This document shows, piece after piece, positions 41,211 through 52,094 of a DNA stretch of 64,000 nucleotides. A program made the translations under genes and the position numbers. Position 1 is the stretch's first letter. Each line of letters begins with the position of its first letter. The DNA comes from an uncultured Nitrospiraceae bacterium (GTDB taxonomy: Bacteria; Nitrospirota; Thermodesulfovibrionia; Thermodesulfovibrionales; UBA6898), in assembly GCA_963811165.1 (NCBI GenBank), contig CAWEQH010000004.1:320001-384000 (forward strand), written 5' to 3'. The notes under the pieces were generated by a model that ran no database searches, had not been told where the DNA came from, and worked only from the letters and a program-made list of their open reading frames with translations.

Positions 41211-42752
41211 CTAATGCACTGCCAAGGTACTGCTGATAAACTGCGACACATCACGCTTCAGTTGGGAAATAGAGCCGCCGTCCAAATACATCATATGCCC
41301 TGACCGGTATCTGTGTGTCGTGACGTTGGTCCTGAGAGTCGGTGTCAACCCCAGATGTGACAAGGTATACTCCGTCGCAAAATAAGGAGTTGCCAGGTCG
41401 AAGCAGCCCGACGCGATGAACAGTTTCATGTAAGGGTTTTTGGCAAAGGTGTTCCGTAAGTTATCACCGACATCGGCATAGCTGTTTTTTGCCTCCCAGT
41501 TCCACTGCCCGATGCCGCCGCCCAAAGTGAAGTACTCCAAATCAGTCTTAAACCCGAGTTCACCACGGACATAGTCGTTGAACGTAGCCGTGAAGGGCGG
41601 CCGGATTGTCGCGATTGTCGGGTCAAAATTGGAAGGCCCCGCCGGATTGAGGTTCAAAGCGGTAAAACGACTGTCCATGTATCCGACCACGCGCCCCTGC
41701 TTCCGGAGAAGCTCATTGACAAAACTTCCACGATCGATGCGCAGGTTTCGGTCATCGATAAAGGCCTTGTCAAGCCCGGTAAATTCCGCCAGCTTTTCCG
41801 CTACCTTCTCGCGCTCCCCGGAAGACAGTCGGTCCCCCTTGCCGAGGGCCGTTACATAACCGGTTTCCGCCCAAACCTCTGCTGCTTCCAGGGTCTTGTC
41901 CAGGTCGGTTTGCGGCGCAAGTTTTTTGTGATACCAGGCCGTCGCAGTGTAGCTGGGGAGGAACAAAACATACGGGAGGTCGTTGCCGCGATCAAAAGAG
42001 GTGGTCTCCAGGTTCATTATGGAAGAGATCATGATAATACCGTTTAGGGCGATGCCATGCTCAACCAGATACTCCGACAGGCCGGCGGCACGGAACGTCC
42101 CATAGCTTTCCCCAACCAAAAAAAGCGGTGAACTCCAACGCTCATACTGTGTCAGATAAAGCCTTACAAATCCGCCCACCGAATCTATATCGCCCGACAC
42201 CGAGGCAAACTTCTTGGTAAGTTCCGGCTTGACTGCCCGGCTATAGCCCGTGCCGACCGGGTCTATAAAGACCAGGTCGGCCTTATCCAGCCAGGTGAAC
42301 TCATTGTCCGCCAGCACGTACGGTGGCGGCGGCATACTGCCGTCTGCGCGCATTTGGACACGCCGGGGACCGACGGCACCGAGGTGGAGCCAGACGGCTG
42401 AAGCACCGGGTCCACCGTTAAATACGAACAAAAGAGGCCTCTTACTGCCGAAAGCTGAGTTGTCGCCTACCGTGTAAGCAATAAAAAAGATCTGTGCCTC
42501 AGTTTCGCCGGCATTATTCATTATCGGCAGTTGGCCTGCCGTTGCGGTGTAGCTTATTTCCCCTCCCTCCAGGGTCACCTTGTGTTCGGTGACCGAAGGT
42601 TTTGCCATGGGGACTTCATACTTACTCTTTACCGGCTGTTTTTCCCCGGCCTTGTCCTTATCGGCAACAATAACGGTCTCCGTAGCCGTCGGCGACGGAG
42701 GGTGGGGTGTATCGGCCATCAACGCTGCCGCCAGCAGTATGGATAAAAACAA
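41211..42752 (-). CDS. Serine carboxypeptidase (peptidase S10)
   Basis: FNGGPGAS, DPVGTGYS, GESYG, GHMMY; signal peptide. Confidence 0.93.
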   Translation of the reverse strand: MFLSILLAAALMADTPHPPSPTATETVIVADKDKAGEKQPVKSKYEVPMAKPSVTEHKVTLEGGEISYTATAGQLPIMNNAGETEAQIFFIAYTVGDNSAFGSKRPLLFVFNGGPGASAVWLHLGAVGPRRVQMRADGSMPPPPYVLADNEFTWLDKADLVFIDPVGTGYSRAVKPELTKKFASVSGDIDSVGGFVRLYLTQYERWSSPLFLVGESYGTFRAAGLSEYLVEHGIALNGIIMISSIMNLETTSFDRGNDLPYVLFLPSYTATAWYHKKLAPQTDLDKTLEAAEVWAETGYVTALGKGDRLSSGEREKVAEKLAEFTGLDKAFIDDRNLRIDRGSFVNELLRKQGRVVGYMDSRFTALNLNPAGPSNFDPTIATIRPPFTATFNDYVRGELGFKTDLEYFTLGGGIGQWNWEAKNSYADVGDNLRNTFAKNPYMKLFIASGCFDLATPYFATEYTLSHLGLTPTLRTNVTTHRYRSGHMMYLDGGSISQLKRDVSQFISSTLAVH

Positions 42753-42934
42753 AATCGCGACCTCCTGCAGTCGAAAGTAAACCTAATTAACATCTTACCA
42801 CACTTGTGTCGCGGCGCTTGATAGGGCCTTTTTATCTGAAGGACTGTATTGGGAGTGTTTTTACCGCGGCCTTCTTCCAGACAACCTCATCTGTTGATAT
42901 CTTAGCGGTAAAAAATGCGCTATAATTTATGTAG

Positions 42935-45490
42935 ATGAATCTGTTCCGGACATTGGAACGCGTAAAAACCTGGCATTTCTTTCTTGCCGCGGTACTATTT
43001 TCAGAATTCTTTACCTTCCTTCTTAATTCACTTCAGAGTATCTTTCGATGGGGCATGGTTTCAAGGGAACTCGTCGAGATCGGCGCCATTGACGCCGTCT
43101 TCGTGTCCATCATGGTAACTTGTATCCTGGTCCCTCTCCTTAGATACTCGACAAAGATCGTGCTTGAAAGAGAAGTGCTGCAAAAAGAGATCGCTGAGCG
43201 TAAGCAGAGGGAATTGGCACTGAGGGAAAGCGAGGAGTCCTATCGGGTGCTGTTTAATCAGGACCCCCTGCCCGGGTGGGTATACGACGCGCAGACCTAC
43301 AGATTTCTCCTCGTCAACAATGCAGCCCTGAAACATTACGGCTATACTTCGGAAGAATTTCTTTCGATGACCATCAAGGACATTCGACCGTCAGAGGAAA
43401 TCGACAGACTCTTGAAATTCTCATCCGAAATCAGGGACCTCCCGGCTGCTTCCCGTTTTTGGCGGCACAGGAAGAAGGACGGGACCCTGATCGATGTCGA
43501 GATCAGCTCGCACCCCATATTGTTTGACGGAAAGAAGGCACGGCGCGTCATAGTCCATGACGTCACCGAGCGCAAGAGGCTGCAAAACGAGGTGTCGCTG
43601 CGGGAGCAGCGGCTGAATTCATTTTTCAAGGGTGCAACGGCGGGGCTGGCGCTATTTGACAGGGACTTGAGGTTTATACGGATCAACGATACGCTGGCCG
43701 GGATGAACGGGTTCCCTGCCGAAGAACATATCGGCAGGACGGTCCGTGAAATCCTGCCGGAGCTTGCCCCGGTAATCGAGCCGATATTTCAGCGGGTGCT
43801 TAGCACCGGTGAACCGGTCCTTGACATGGAAGTGGCCGGTGAAACGCCGAGCAATCCGGGCGTCCAGCGACATTGGCTGGAGTCATTCTTTCCGGTTGTT
43901 GACGCGGGCGGGGCCCTGGACGGCGTCGGGACGATCGTTGTCGAAATTACGAGGCATAAGCGTGCGGAAGAGGCGCTGCTGGAGAGCGAGCGCAGGTATA
44001 AGAGCCTCATTGAAACGACCGTAGACGGCATATATAGGAGCGATGCCGACGGCTTTTTCCGGTTTATAAACCAGGCGGGCGCCGAGATGTTCGGCCACAA
44101 GTCTCCGGCGGAAATGATCGGCAAGACAGTGCTGGAGTATTGGGTCGATCCTAAAGATAGAGTTTCGTTTCTTGACGAGTTGAAACGCGAAAAGAGACTG
44201 AGGGCCTACGCCGTCAGGGGGAGAAAAAAGGACGGTTCTGTTATACATCTGGAGATATCGAGTCATGTCCTTGAGGATGGACAGGGCCGTTTTATGGGGG
44301 TGGAAGGGATACTGCGCGATGTGACCGAAAAAACGAATCTCGAGGCCCAGCTCCGTCATGCCCAGAAGATGGAGGCCGTCGGGCAACTGGCCGGCGGCGT
44401 AGCGCATGATTTCAATAACATCCTTTCGGCCATAATCGGTTTCAGCGCCCTCGGGGAGATGAAGCTTCCCCACGACCATCCGGTCAGGCACTATATGCAG
44501 CAAATACTTCAGTCCTCAGAGCGCGCGGCGGCCCTGACCCAGAGTCTGCTCGCCTTCAGCAGGAAGCAACCGCTCAGGTTGGAGCTTTTGGGGATCAACG
44601 AGGTAATCGGCAGATTCGAGAAATTCCTCATCAGGCTGCTGCGGGAGGATATCGAGCTGGTCATACACCATGCAGACGAGGAGCTGACAGTCTTGGTCGA
44701 CCGGGGGCAGATCGAGCAGGTGGTCATGAACCTCGTGACGAATGCTCGGGATGCCATGCCGAACAAGGGCAGACTGAGTATAGCGACCATGCACGTTGTC
44801 CTCGGTGAGGACTTTGTGAAGGTGCACGGCTATGGGCGGACGGGCGATTTCGCGGTAATATCGGTGACGGATTCCGGCGTCGGCATGGACGAGAAGACGC
44901 GCCGGAAGATCTTCGAGCCCTTTTTTACTACGAAGGAGGTCGGGAAAGGGACGGGTCTTGGGCTGGCGACCGTGTACGGCATCGTCAAATCGCATGACGG
45001 TTTTATCAACGTATACTCGGAGCCGGGCAGGGGGACCAGCTTCAAGGTCTATCTGCCGGTCGCTCATTCTGCCGAGGGCGTGAAGGCGCCGGCGGTGCGG
45101 CGGCCGAAGGAGCTTCAGGGGGGTACCGAGACTATCCTGCTAGCGGAGGATGATGCGGCCCTTCTCACCATGACCTCAATTGTTCTTAGAGAAATGGGCT
45201 ATACCGTGATCGGGGCAGCCGACGGAAATGAAGCGGTCAATAAATTCATCGAGCACCAGGACTCCATCAGGCTGGTCATCCTCGACGGCATCATGCCAGG
45301 CAAGAATGGAAAAGAGGTCTACAATGAAGTCACGGCCTTATGTCCTGATACGCGCTGTCTTTTCATAAGCGGGTATGCCGAAGACATTTTCACGAAGGAC
45401 GGGATACAGCAGGATGAAGTTACTTTCCTGACAAAGCCTATCACACCGTCGGTGCTTCTGAAAAAAGTCCGCGAGGTGCTGGATAGGTGA
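42935..45490 (+). CDS. Multi-PAS hybrid sensor histidine kinase
   Basis: Two TMs, three PAS domains, AHDFNN H-box, FFTTK, GTGLGL, C-terminal receiver. Confidence 0.95.
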   Translation: MNLFRTLERVKTWHFFLAAVLFSEFFTFLLNSLQSIFRWGMVSRELVEIGAIDAVFVSIMVTCILVPLLRYSTKIVLEREVLQKEIAERKQRELALRESEESYRVLFNQDPLPGWVYDAQTYRFLLVNNAALKHYGYTSEEFLSMTIKDIRPSEEIDRLLKFSSEIRDLPAASRFWRHRKKDGTLIDVEISSHPILFDGKKARRVIVHDVTERKRLQNEVSLREQRLNSFFKGATAGLALFDRDLRFIRINDTLAGMNGFPAEEHIGRTVREILPELAPVIEPIFQRVLSTGEPVLDMEVAGETPSNPGVQRHWLESFFPVVDAGGALDGVGTIVVEITRHKRAEEALLESERRYKSLIETTVDGIYRSDADGFFRFINQAGAEMFGHKSPAEMIGKTVLEYWVDPKDRVSFLDELKREKRLRAYAVRGRKKDGSVIHLEISSHVLEDGQGRFMGVEGILRDVTEKTNLEAQLRHAQKMEAVGQLAGGVAHDFNNILSAIIGFSALGEMKLPHDHPVRHYMQQILQSSERAAALTQSLLAFSRKQPLRLELLGINEVIGRFEKFLIRLLREDIELVIHHADEELTVLVDRGQIEQVVMNLVTNARDAMPNKGRLSIATMHVVLGEDFVKVHGYGRTGDFAVISVTDSGVGMDEKTRRKIFEPFFTTKEVGKGTGLGLATVYGIVKSHDGFINVYSEPGRGTSFKVYLPVAHSAEGVKAPAVRRPKELQGGTETILLAEDDAALLTMTSIVLREMGYTVIGAADGNEAVNKFIEHQDSIRLVILDGIMPGKNGKEVYNEVTALCPDTRCLFISGYAEDIFTKDGIQQDEVTFLTKPITPSVLLKKVREVLDR

Positions 45491-45610
45491 GCCCCAGGGG
45501 CGGCCTGCCTGAGTAAGGCACAGGGACGTTGCTTTCGAAGCGATGACGGATGAGGAACAGCACTCTGCAATAGGTCAGATACGTTTCTTATTTCCTGAGG
45601 GTTTCTCCAT

Positions 45611-46261
45611 TTACCGCCCCTTCTTGCCGCGGCCCCGTAGTCGTTTCTGCAGTTCCTCAACCCTCTCTCTGGCTTCTCTCTCTTTTTCATCCGCGGGTTC
45701 GGTCCAGGGCTGGGTTACCCGCCAGGTTATCGCGCCATTTAAAGGCGGTTCAGGGTAGGGTCCGATATTTTTTTCCTGACAGCAGGCAAGGACGGCATTC
45801 TTCAGCAGTGCCGGGTCTCCCTGGTATTGGAGGTCGATTAAGGTAATCTGTTTCCGGAAACGGTTAATGTATTCCACGGGCAAGTTCAACAATAGCGGAA
45901 CAGGGGCGTTTGTCCCTAAAATACGTCTGCGGTCATCGAGTCCGTTAAGAAGAAAGGCCTTCAGTGCTTCTCCTGTCAGGTGGCCTTCCGATTCCGGTCC
46001 CCCGATAACCAGGTAGCGGATGTTGGGGTTCGACACGACATTGCAGACTATTTTCTCTATTCCGATATTTTCAGTCTGCACCATTCCTGAAAGGGCGGCC
46101 CCACCATCTATTCCGTTCTGAACGAGTTCCTGAAGTTCATGGGGTATCTTATAGTCCGGGGCATTTAGGATAATAGCTACGGCAACGGGAGAAAAGTCAT
46201 TGCCACGCATGTAACGGCCTTCCTCGGGAGGATACCCCGAAGACGGATTAACTTTTAGCAT
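45611..46261 (-). CDS. mtrA: Tetrahydromethanopterin S-methyltransferase subunit A homologue (orphan)
   Basis: QTENIGIEKIVCNVVSNPNIRYL, ESEGHLTGE, FRKQI. Confidence 0.8.
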   Translation of the reverse strand: MLKVNPSSGYPPEEGRYMRGNDFSPVAVAIILNAPDYKIPHELQELVQNGIDGGAALSGMVQTENIGIEKIVCNVVSNPNIRYLVIGGPESEGHLTGEALKAFLLNGLDDRRRILGTNAPVPLLLNLPVEYINRFRKQITLIDLQYQGDPALLKNAVLACCQEKNIGPYPEPPLNGAITWRVTQPWTEPADEKEREARERVEELQKRLRGRGKKGR

Positions 46262-46456
46262 TACATCCCCTTACTCGCATTTAGTATGCCAAAGCCGGAC
46301 CTCGCTTCAATGATACTATCTTATGTCAAAATGTCCTGCTTTAAGGCTACCATATCTCCGGGGCGTGTCAAATGCTGTTATAATCTGCATATGGCGTGGT
46401 GCGAAACCGCGATATTTCTGTGATTTATTATGACGAGAAAAGGAAGGGGGAGAGCA

Positions 46457-46792
46457 ATGAAGACTCGTTTGAAAGTGACTATTAGTTGCATGATGTGCAT
46501 GGGTGCTTTTTTATGGTGTCTTGGCCCAGCCTCGGCGGGGCGGGCGGACTGGAAGGTCCTCCAGCAGAGTTCATATGGTGACACATTGTCTTATGATGCC
46601 GCGAGCGTAAAACATACCGAGAGTGATACGATAACGGTTTTGACCAGAACTCAAAGCAGCGAGTATCTCTACGAAATAGATTGCAAAAATAAAAAAGCAC
46701 GCCTTCTTGAGGAAGCCGTCGCCGCCGGATCAGGGTGGTTCAATATTACGGGCGGCGGAGACGAATTACTTTACAAAGCGGTCTGTCCCTGA
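46457..46792 (+). CDS. Exported hypothetical protein (adhesin-E-like)
   Basis: Signal peptide, ADW, EIDC, terminal VC. Confidence 0.65.
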   Translation: MKTRLKVTISCMMCMGAFLWCLGPASAGRADWKVLQQSSYGDTLSYDAASVKHTESDTITVLTRTQSSEYLYEIDCKNKKARLLEEAVAAGSGWFNITGGGDELLYKAVCP

Positions 46793-47282
46793 ATTTTCGA
46801 TGCCGAATGGTCGTTAAAATAATTTGCTCCACCTGATTACCAACAGATCTTTCCAGACGCAACTATTGAAGATTCTATCCCGAAATATGCGCCTCGTGAT
46901 CGCCGCGAAGATTCCTATGGTTTATCAATCTGAGCCCGTAGCGAGATGGCAGGCAGTGTTGCTTATTTGCGGTATTTAACGGACAATGAGCTAATTCCTC
47001 AGAAAGAAAGATTTGCCCGCAAGCACGCACAGCCTCCAAGATTCAGAAGAGAAGGTCTTGCGATCCGGGATTCACCGACTAACTGACACAAGGAGTGAAG
47101 CGAGGCACTCACAATTTTCAAAAAAACTCCTCACACCCGAGAAAAGATCATCGCATCCCAGTTCATCCAGGACTCTGCATGTCTCGGGGTTTGCCCGGCA
47201 ACTGAATGCAGTTGCGGCAAAGCCGCCTTTTGATATAATTATTATAAATAATTCAAATTCACGAGGGAGGAGGACGTTACAA

Positions 47283-48092
47283 ATGTCACTTATCACAATT
47301 TCCAGAGGCTCCTATACTCGAGGAAAAGAAGTAGCCGAAAAGGTTGCCAGGAAACTCGGATATGAATGTGTTGCGAGGGAGACCGTTGTTGAAGCTTCAA
47401 GGGAATTCAATATTCCTGAATTCAAGCTCATAAAAGCACTGCACGATGCTCCTTCAATTCTGGACAGATTCTCTTACGGGAAAGAAAAATTCGTCGCATA
47501 CTGTCAATTGGCTTTTCTAGAACATTTGCAGAGAGACAATGTCGTTTATCACGGTCTTGCTGGACATTTTCTGCTTAGGGGCATTTCTCATGTGCTCAAG
47601 GTCCGAATCATTGCAGACATGAAGGATCGTATAAAGCTGGAAATGGAACGGGAGAGGATTTCTGAAAGGGAGGCAGCTCGAACTCTGAAAAATGACGATG
47701 AAGCAAGACAGAAGTGGAGCCTGTACGTGTATGGGGTTGACACCAAGGACTCCAGTCTTTATGATCTCGTGATTCATATAAGAAAGATAACTGTTGATGA
47801 GGCGGCAGATATCATATGTGACACTGTCAAGTTTGATCACTTTAAGGCTACTAAGGAATCCAAAGACGCCTTTGAAGACTTACTGCTTACCGCTAGGGTA
47901 AAGGTGGCTCTCTTAGACCAAGCTCCCGCAGCCCAGGTTTATGCCAGGAGCGGCGTTGTCCAAATCAAGACAAGCGCCCCGGACTATCAGGAGGACAAGC
48001 TTGTAAAAAAATTGGAACTCATTGCCAAGGCAGTACCAGGAGTCAAGGATGCCAAGGTCTTTGTGGTGCCTATAGTCCCGTTTGCCGACTGA
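47283..48092 (+). CDS. Cytidylate-kinase-like family protein with BON-like C-terminus
   Basis: ITISRGSYTRGKEVA, HVLKVRIIA, YDLVI; RBS GGAGG. Confidence 0.85.
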   Translation: MSLITISRGSYTRGKEVAEKVARKLGYECVARETVVEASREFNIPEFKLIKALHDAPSILDRFSYGKEKFVAYCQLAFLEHLQRDNVVYHGLAGHFLLRGISHVLKVRIIADMKDRIKLEMERERISEREAARTLKNDDEARQKWSLYVYGVDTKDSSLYDLVIHIRKITVDEAADIICDTVKFDHFKATKESKDAFEDLLLTARVKVALLDQAPAAQVYARSGVVQIKTSAPDYQEDKLVKKLELIAKAVPGVKDAKVFVVPIVPFAD

Positions 48093-48481
48093 TACGTGAG
48101 CAATAAGGATTTGACTAAGAAATGCTCAAAAAGCCTTTTATTAGGCGTGCGACATATTCTTCTCCAGTTGGATTCCCGCCGTCCATTTATTTCCAGGAGA
48201 GAGTTTGCGTCTGTGGGAGAAACGCTACAGTGTGGTTTTCAGGAAGGATTGTTGCGCCAGCGACTCTATTTTATTCAGATGCTATATTCTTCCCGCACTC
48301 TGCATGGCTATTTTGTGGCCTCCGACGAAGAAACACTTTTCTAAAATCGAGAGACTCACAAACACCAAAAGAATTCCGCGCATCCAGGTAAAATCACGGC
48401 CGCGACCTTCATCCAGGAAGGCGCCTCTGTGAGCTTTCAAGAAATTTGCGGAGCAGCTGACGGCCTTGCATCCGATAGTCA

Positions 48482-48675
48482 CTAAAAAAAGTCCTCCATC
48501 CGGTATTTAAGGACCTTAGCGATATCATATAGCGTTGACGCTTTCGCATCGCCTTTGTTTCGCTCGAAGCGGTTGATGGTACTAACTGACATTTTCACCG
48601 CCTTTGCAAGATTTTCCTGTGTGATCCCAAGGCAAGACGCTGCGTCCTGATCCGCTTGCCTTTCAGTTTTGCCAT
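48482..48675 (-). pseudogene. XRE/Cro-C1 HTH regulator with a one-base deletion frameshift
   Basis: MAKLKGKRIRTQRLA / GITQENLAKAVKMSVSTINRFERNKGDAKASTLYDIAKVL...EDFF*; span is 194 nt. Confidence 0.75.
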
Positions 48676-48939
48676 GTGGGTCAAATGCGGGATTTCGAGG
48701 AAGATTTTTCTTTCGCGAGAGCAGCGGGTTTGATCGCCCGTTATAGTGAGGAAACAGTAACTTAGCCGTATTATGTGAGGCTGCCTGGGATAATTATCGG
48801 ACTTCCCACCGCAATATTACCTTTTTTCCTAAGAACACATCACCTTGTCGAGTACGATGTTCTTCCAATTGTACGAAAACCCTGAGGGGAGTAACCTAGA
48901 ATCAGAACAAGGGAAAAAAGAGAAAAGGAGGACAAGAAA

Positions 48940-49320
48940 ATGTTAAAACACAATGCGGGTAACAAGGTCGGAAAAGGAACATACTGGAACTTCTCTACTG
49001 GTGAACGGATCGACATCAGCGCCGAAGGCGTACTTCCCGGCGGAAAGAAGGACGTATATTACAGGCTCCCGGCAACCGGAATCTTGGTCGCGGCGCCGGT
49101 ACTGGGGTTGCTCTATGCAGCTTTTCTGCCTTTCATCGGGATTGCGATGCTCGTGAAGGTGGTCCTCAGGAAGGTGGCTTCTACAGTGACGGCGCCAACT
49201 CAGAGGGCGGCATCATTTGGCTGGAGACCGAGCGAATCCTATCTCGCCGGCAAGAAGAAGGGTTCAGAAGCGGCAAAGAAGGACGAAGGCGGGGAGAGCC
49301 CCGGGAACAAAGAAGACTGA
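48940..49320 (+). CDS. Hypothetical membrane protein
   Basis: GTYWN, LPGG, hydrophobic segment, FGWRP..SYLAG; RBS AGGAGG. Confidence 0.8.
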   Translation: MLKHNAGNKVGKGTYWNFSTGERIDISAEGVLPGGKKDVYYRLPATGILVAAPVLGLLYAAFLPFIGIAMLVKVVLRKVASTVTAPTQRAASFGWRPSESYLAGKKKGSEAAKKDEGGESPGNKED

Positions 49321-49340
49321 TATCTCCTGCCATGAGGAGA

Positions 49341-49367
49341 AAAAGGCCCCTTTTTGGGGCCTTTTTT
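49341..49367 (+). terminator. Intrinsic (probably bidirectional) terminator
   Basis: AAAAGGCCCC-TTTTT-GGGGCCTTTTTT. Confidence 0.85.
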
Positions 49368-49587
49368 GTTTTTCCACCTTTTCCCCTGCCAAAGCGAAAT
49401 TCGGAATAATTCTGAAGGTTACAGTTGCATTGCAAGGATGCCATAGGGTTTTTAAAAGAAGTGGCGTCTGAGAAGACTTCCCGCCTTCCTTTATCCAACC
49501 CAGCTTTTTTTTGCACAAGCGCGAAAGGATTTGCGGGAATGCATTGGGATTGGAGTGAGGAATCATTTAGAATCGGCGAGTTAGTAT

Positions 49588-49603
49588 TGGCATGGGGAAT
49601 GCA
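49588..49603 (+). promoter_or_regulatory. Sigma54 (-24/-12) promoter
   Basis: TGGCATGGGGAATGCA, i.e. GG-N10-GC. Confidence 0.7.
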
Positions 49604-49641
49604 CTATATATTTGCAAGAACATAAGAAGGAGGACGGGAAG

Positions 49642-49959
49642 ATGAAAGACAAAGGATACGCAAAGAAACTGGCATACATGGGAGCAGGGTGCGGAGTAGT
49701 GCTGTTTGGAGTATTTGGGTTGCTTCCCGGGTCATTCCTTGGCGGGGTGATGGGACTTAATATCGCAGGGAAGCTGCTTGGAGTGCCTTTGGCCTCGGGT
49801 ATCCTTTCGAGGCTGATAGTTGCGGCATCGATGGTAATAGGGGTGATGGTCTCTGGGATCATGTTCATCACCGCCAGTTCGATTGCGGGCTGGCTTATAG
49901 GGACGGTGCTGGATGCGATCACGGCAGAGAAGAAAGAAATGGCCGACAGTAGGGCATAA
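49642..49959 (+). CDS. Gly-rich small membrane protein
   Basis: GAGCGVVLFGVFGLLPGSFLGG; RBS AGGAGG. Confidence 0.8.
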   Translation: MKDKGYAKKLAYMGAGCGVVLFGVFGLLPGSFLGGVMGLNIAGKLLGVPLASGILSRLIVAASMVIGVMVSGIMFITASSIAGWLIGTVLDAITAEKKEMADSRA

Positions 49960-50003
49960 ATAATTATTGTCGGATAACAAATAAAAACCAAGGAGGAAGT
50001 GTC

Positions 50004-50339
50004 ATGAAAGAGGAAAGAAAAAGGACGATGAAGGTAGGGACGAAGATCGGGGCGGCGTTGGGTGCGATAGTATTTCTGGTATTTGGGATAGTGCCGGGGT
50101 TTTATTTCGGCAGTTACGGGGCGCTGGTATTGATGAGCAGGCTTGCAGGCGGACCGGTAGAGCCCACGACAATCGTAAGAATGATCACCGTGGTGGGCGT
50201 TGCCCTGGGCATCTTCTGCGGCGCAGCTGCCAGCATCGTGCTGGGTTCGGTATTCGGCACCTCCCTGGCTTGGGCTGTCGATGTGATCGGCAGTCTCGGC
50301 AAGGTCAAAGAGACCGAGGAAGTGAAGGCACACAATTAG
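50004..50339 (+). CDS. Gly-rich small membrane protein, paralogue of the preceding gene
   Basis: GAALGAIVFLVFGIVPGFYFGS; RBS AGGAGG. Confidence 0.8.
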   Translation: MKEERKRTMKVGTKIGAALGAIVFLVFGIVPGFYFGSYGALVLMSRLAGGPVEPTTIVRMITVVGVALGIFCGAAASIVLGSVFGTSLAWAVDVIGSLGKVKETEEVKAHN

Positions 50340-50358
50340 TGGCCTAGAGACTATTGCC

Positions 50359-51429
50359 ATGTGTGACGTGTCGCAAAGGGAATTGGACACATTACGAAAA
50401 CATTCATTAATGCTCTTTGCGTTGCTGAATGAATCGACCGACTCTATATATTTCAAGGACCGTCAGTGCCGCTTCGTTATGGTGAGTAGTAGTAAAGCAG
50501 AACATCTCGGCCTTCCTTTTGATCAGGCTACGGGAAAGACAGATCATGATTTTCTCCCCCATGACGAAGCTCAGCAGGCATTCGAAAATGATACGAAGGT
50601 TATCACTACAGGGCAACCGATCGAACTTGAAGAATGTATTACACGCCCGGACGGAAGCTATACATGGAATTCGGTCAAGAAGTGCCCTTGGCGCGACGCT
50701 GACGGGCAGATTATTGGCATGTTTGGTATCACAAGGGATATCCATGCAAGGAAGACCTACGAGCAGCATATACTTGATATGCTTAGCATTGCGACGCACG
50801 ATATCCGAGATCCACTGGCAGCGATGGGCATGACCATAAAGCTGCTCGCGCGCGGATCATTCGGTCTCATCGACGATAGCATCAAAGCAACGCTCGAAGA
50901 TCTGTATGCACGGGCACAGCGTTTGGAGCGTATTGTCACCGACTATTTGTGTAAGACATCGGTGCAAAATGCTCATATACCGAGCAAGGAAACCATTGAT
51001 TTGCGTGAAGACGTGATTGATCCTGTTCTTAACGAGCTTGCAGATTTGATTGAGGAGAATAATATTACGATTGATAACCGTCTCAAGTCGATACCAGGCT
51101 ATTCGGTGTTAATCAAAGCCAACCGTGTCTGGCTGATGATCGTTTATCGCGCACTCATTAACAATGCGATAAAATACGGTGGAATGGGATGCACAATCTC
51201 CTTTGGCCGGGAAGACCATGGAGACGAATATGTCCTTAACGTCTGGGACAGCGGGCTCGGAATACCTGAAGAATATAAAGAGAAGTTATTCACGAAATTC
51301 GAGAGCACGAGAAGTACTGGTTTGGGGTTGCCGATTAGCCGTGATCTTATCTCAAAACTTGGCGGGAAACTTTGGTACGAACAAACTGCCGGGGGCCATC
51401 CCAATTTTAAGTTCTCACTTCCAAAATAG
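50359..51429 (+). CDS. PAS sensor histidine kinase
   Basis: IYFKD PAS, THDIRDPL H-box, NNAIKY, DSGLGI, GLGL. Confidence 0.9.
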   Translation: MCDVSQRELDTLRKHSLMLFALLNESTDSIYFKDRQCRFVMVSSSKAEHLGLPFDQATGKTDHDFLPHDEAQQAFENDTKVITTGQPIELEECITRPDGSYTWNSVKKCPWRDADGQIIGMFGITRDIHARKTYEQHILDMLSIATHDIRDPLAAMGMTIKLLARGSFGLIDDSIKATLEDLYARAQRLERIVTDYLCKTSVQNAHIPSKETIDLREDVIDPVLNELADLIEENNITIDNRLKSIPGYSVLIKANRVWLMIVYRALINNAIKYGGMGCTISFGREDHGDEYVLNVWDSGLGIPEEYKEKLFTKFESTRSTGLGLPISRDLISKLGGKLWYEQTAGGHPNFKFSLPK

Positions 51430-51846
51430 AGAAAATGGACAAGTGAGAGCCTCATTCAGGAGCTGATCATCATGACTGGAACCGAGACAGTGTATGGCGG
51501 GGAAGATTGAAAAATGGCTTATTTACACGAGAAGACGTCGAGTGCCTCTGATGGCAATTCTGCCATTCGTAGTTCTCTGTCCTTCTTGACAGAGGTTATA
51601 GGGTGTCAGGAAGGAATCACTAGTTCTACCGACCCTGAGAGGATGACGCTTATGAAATATCCGATGGCGAAAGGGTACCATTCTATTTATATCAACGTGC
51701 GCTGCAATTATTTCCAAAAGAATCCCACACCAATGTCAAAGATCCGACGACGTCGAGTACAGGAAGAAGCCAAAAAACTAATCGAAACCTGCGGAGCAAG
51801 ACATCACTCCTTATGGCCAGAAGAGTACGAGGCGTAACACGATATT

Positions 51847-52062
51847 CTAGAAGTCGTCCATGTACTCCCACATCTCGTTCTGATGCAACCAGATAGGGTC
51901 CGCATTCCTCCGGATGAACTCATCCACATCCATGCCGTCAATGGTTGGCGGTCGCTTGACGCGTTTCTGCTTTCCATTGATGAAGATGGTCATATATTCT
52001 TTCCGTCTCCGCCGTTTTTCAGCTTTCTCGGCAGCGGTCAGTTGTCGCTTTTGTTTTCCCAT
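51847..52062 (-). CDS. Small basic hypothetical protein
   Basis: FINGKQKRV...FIRRNADPIWLHQNEMWE; protein-like composition. Confidence 0.7.
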   Translation of the reverse strand: MGKQKRQLTAAEKAEKRRRRKEYMTIFINGKQKRVKRPPTIDGMDVDEFIRRNADPIWLHQNEMWEYMDDF

Positions 52063-52094
52063 AACAACGAAGAAAGAGGCACCTATAATCTCCT

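Noticed and set aside
48884..48900. GGGGAGTAAC resembling a yybP-ykoY riboswitch start
   Set aside because: The downstream conserved elements and pairing were not found.
51514..51837. 107-aa ORF
   Set aside because: No recognisable motif or clear RBS; cannot be supported from the sequence alone.
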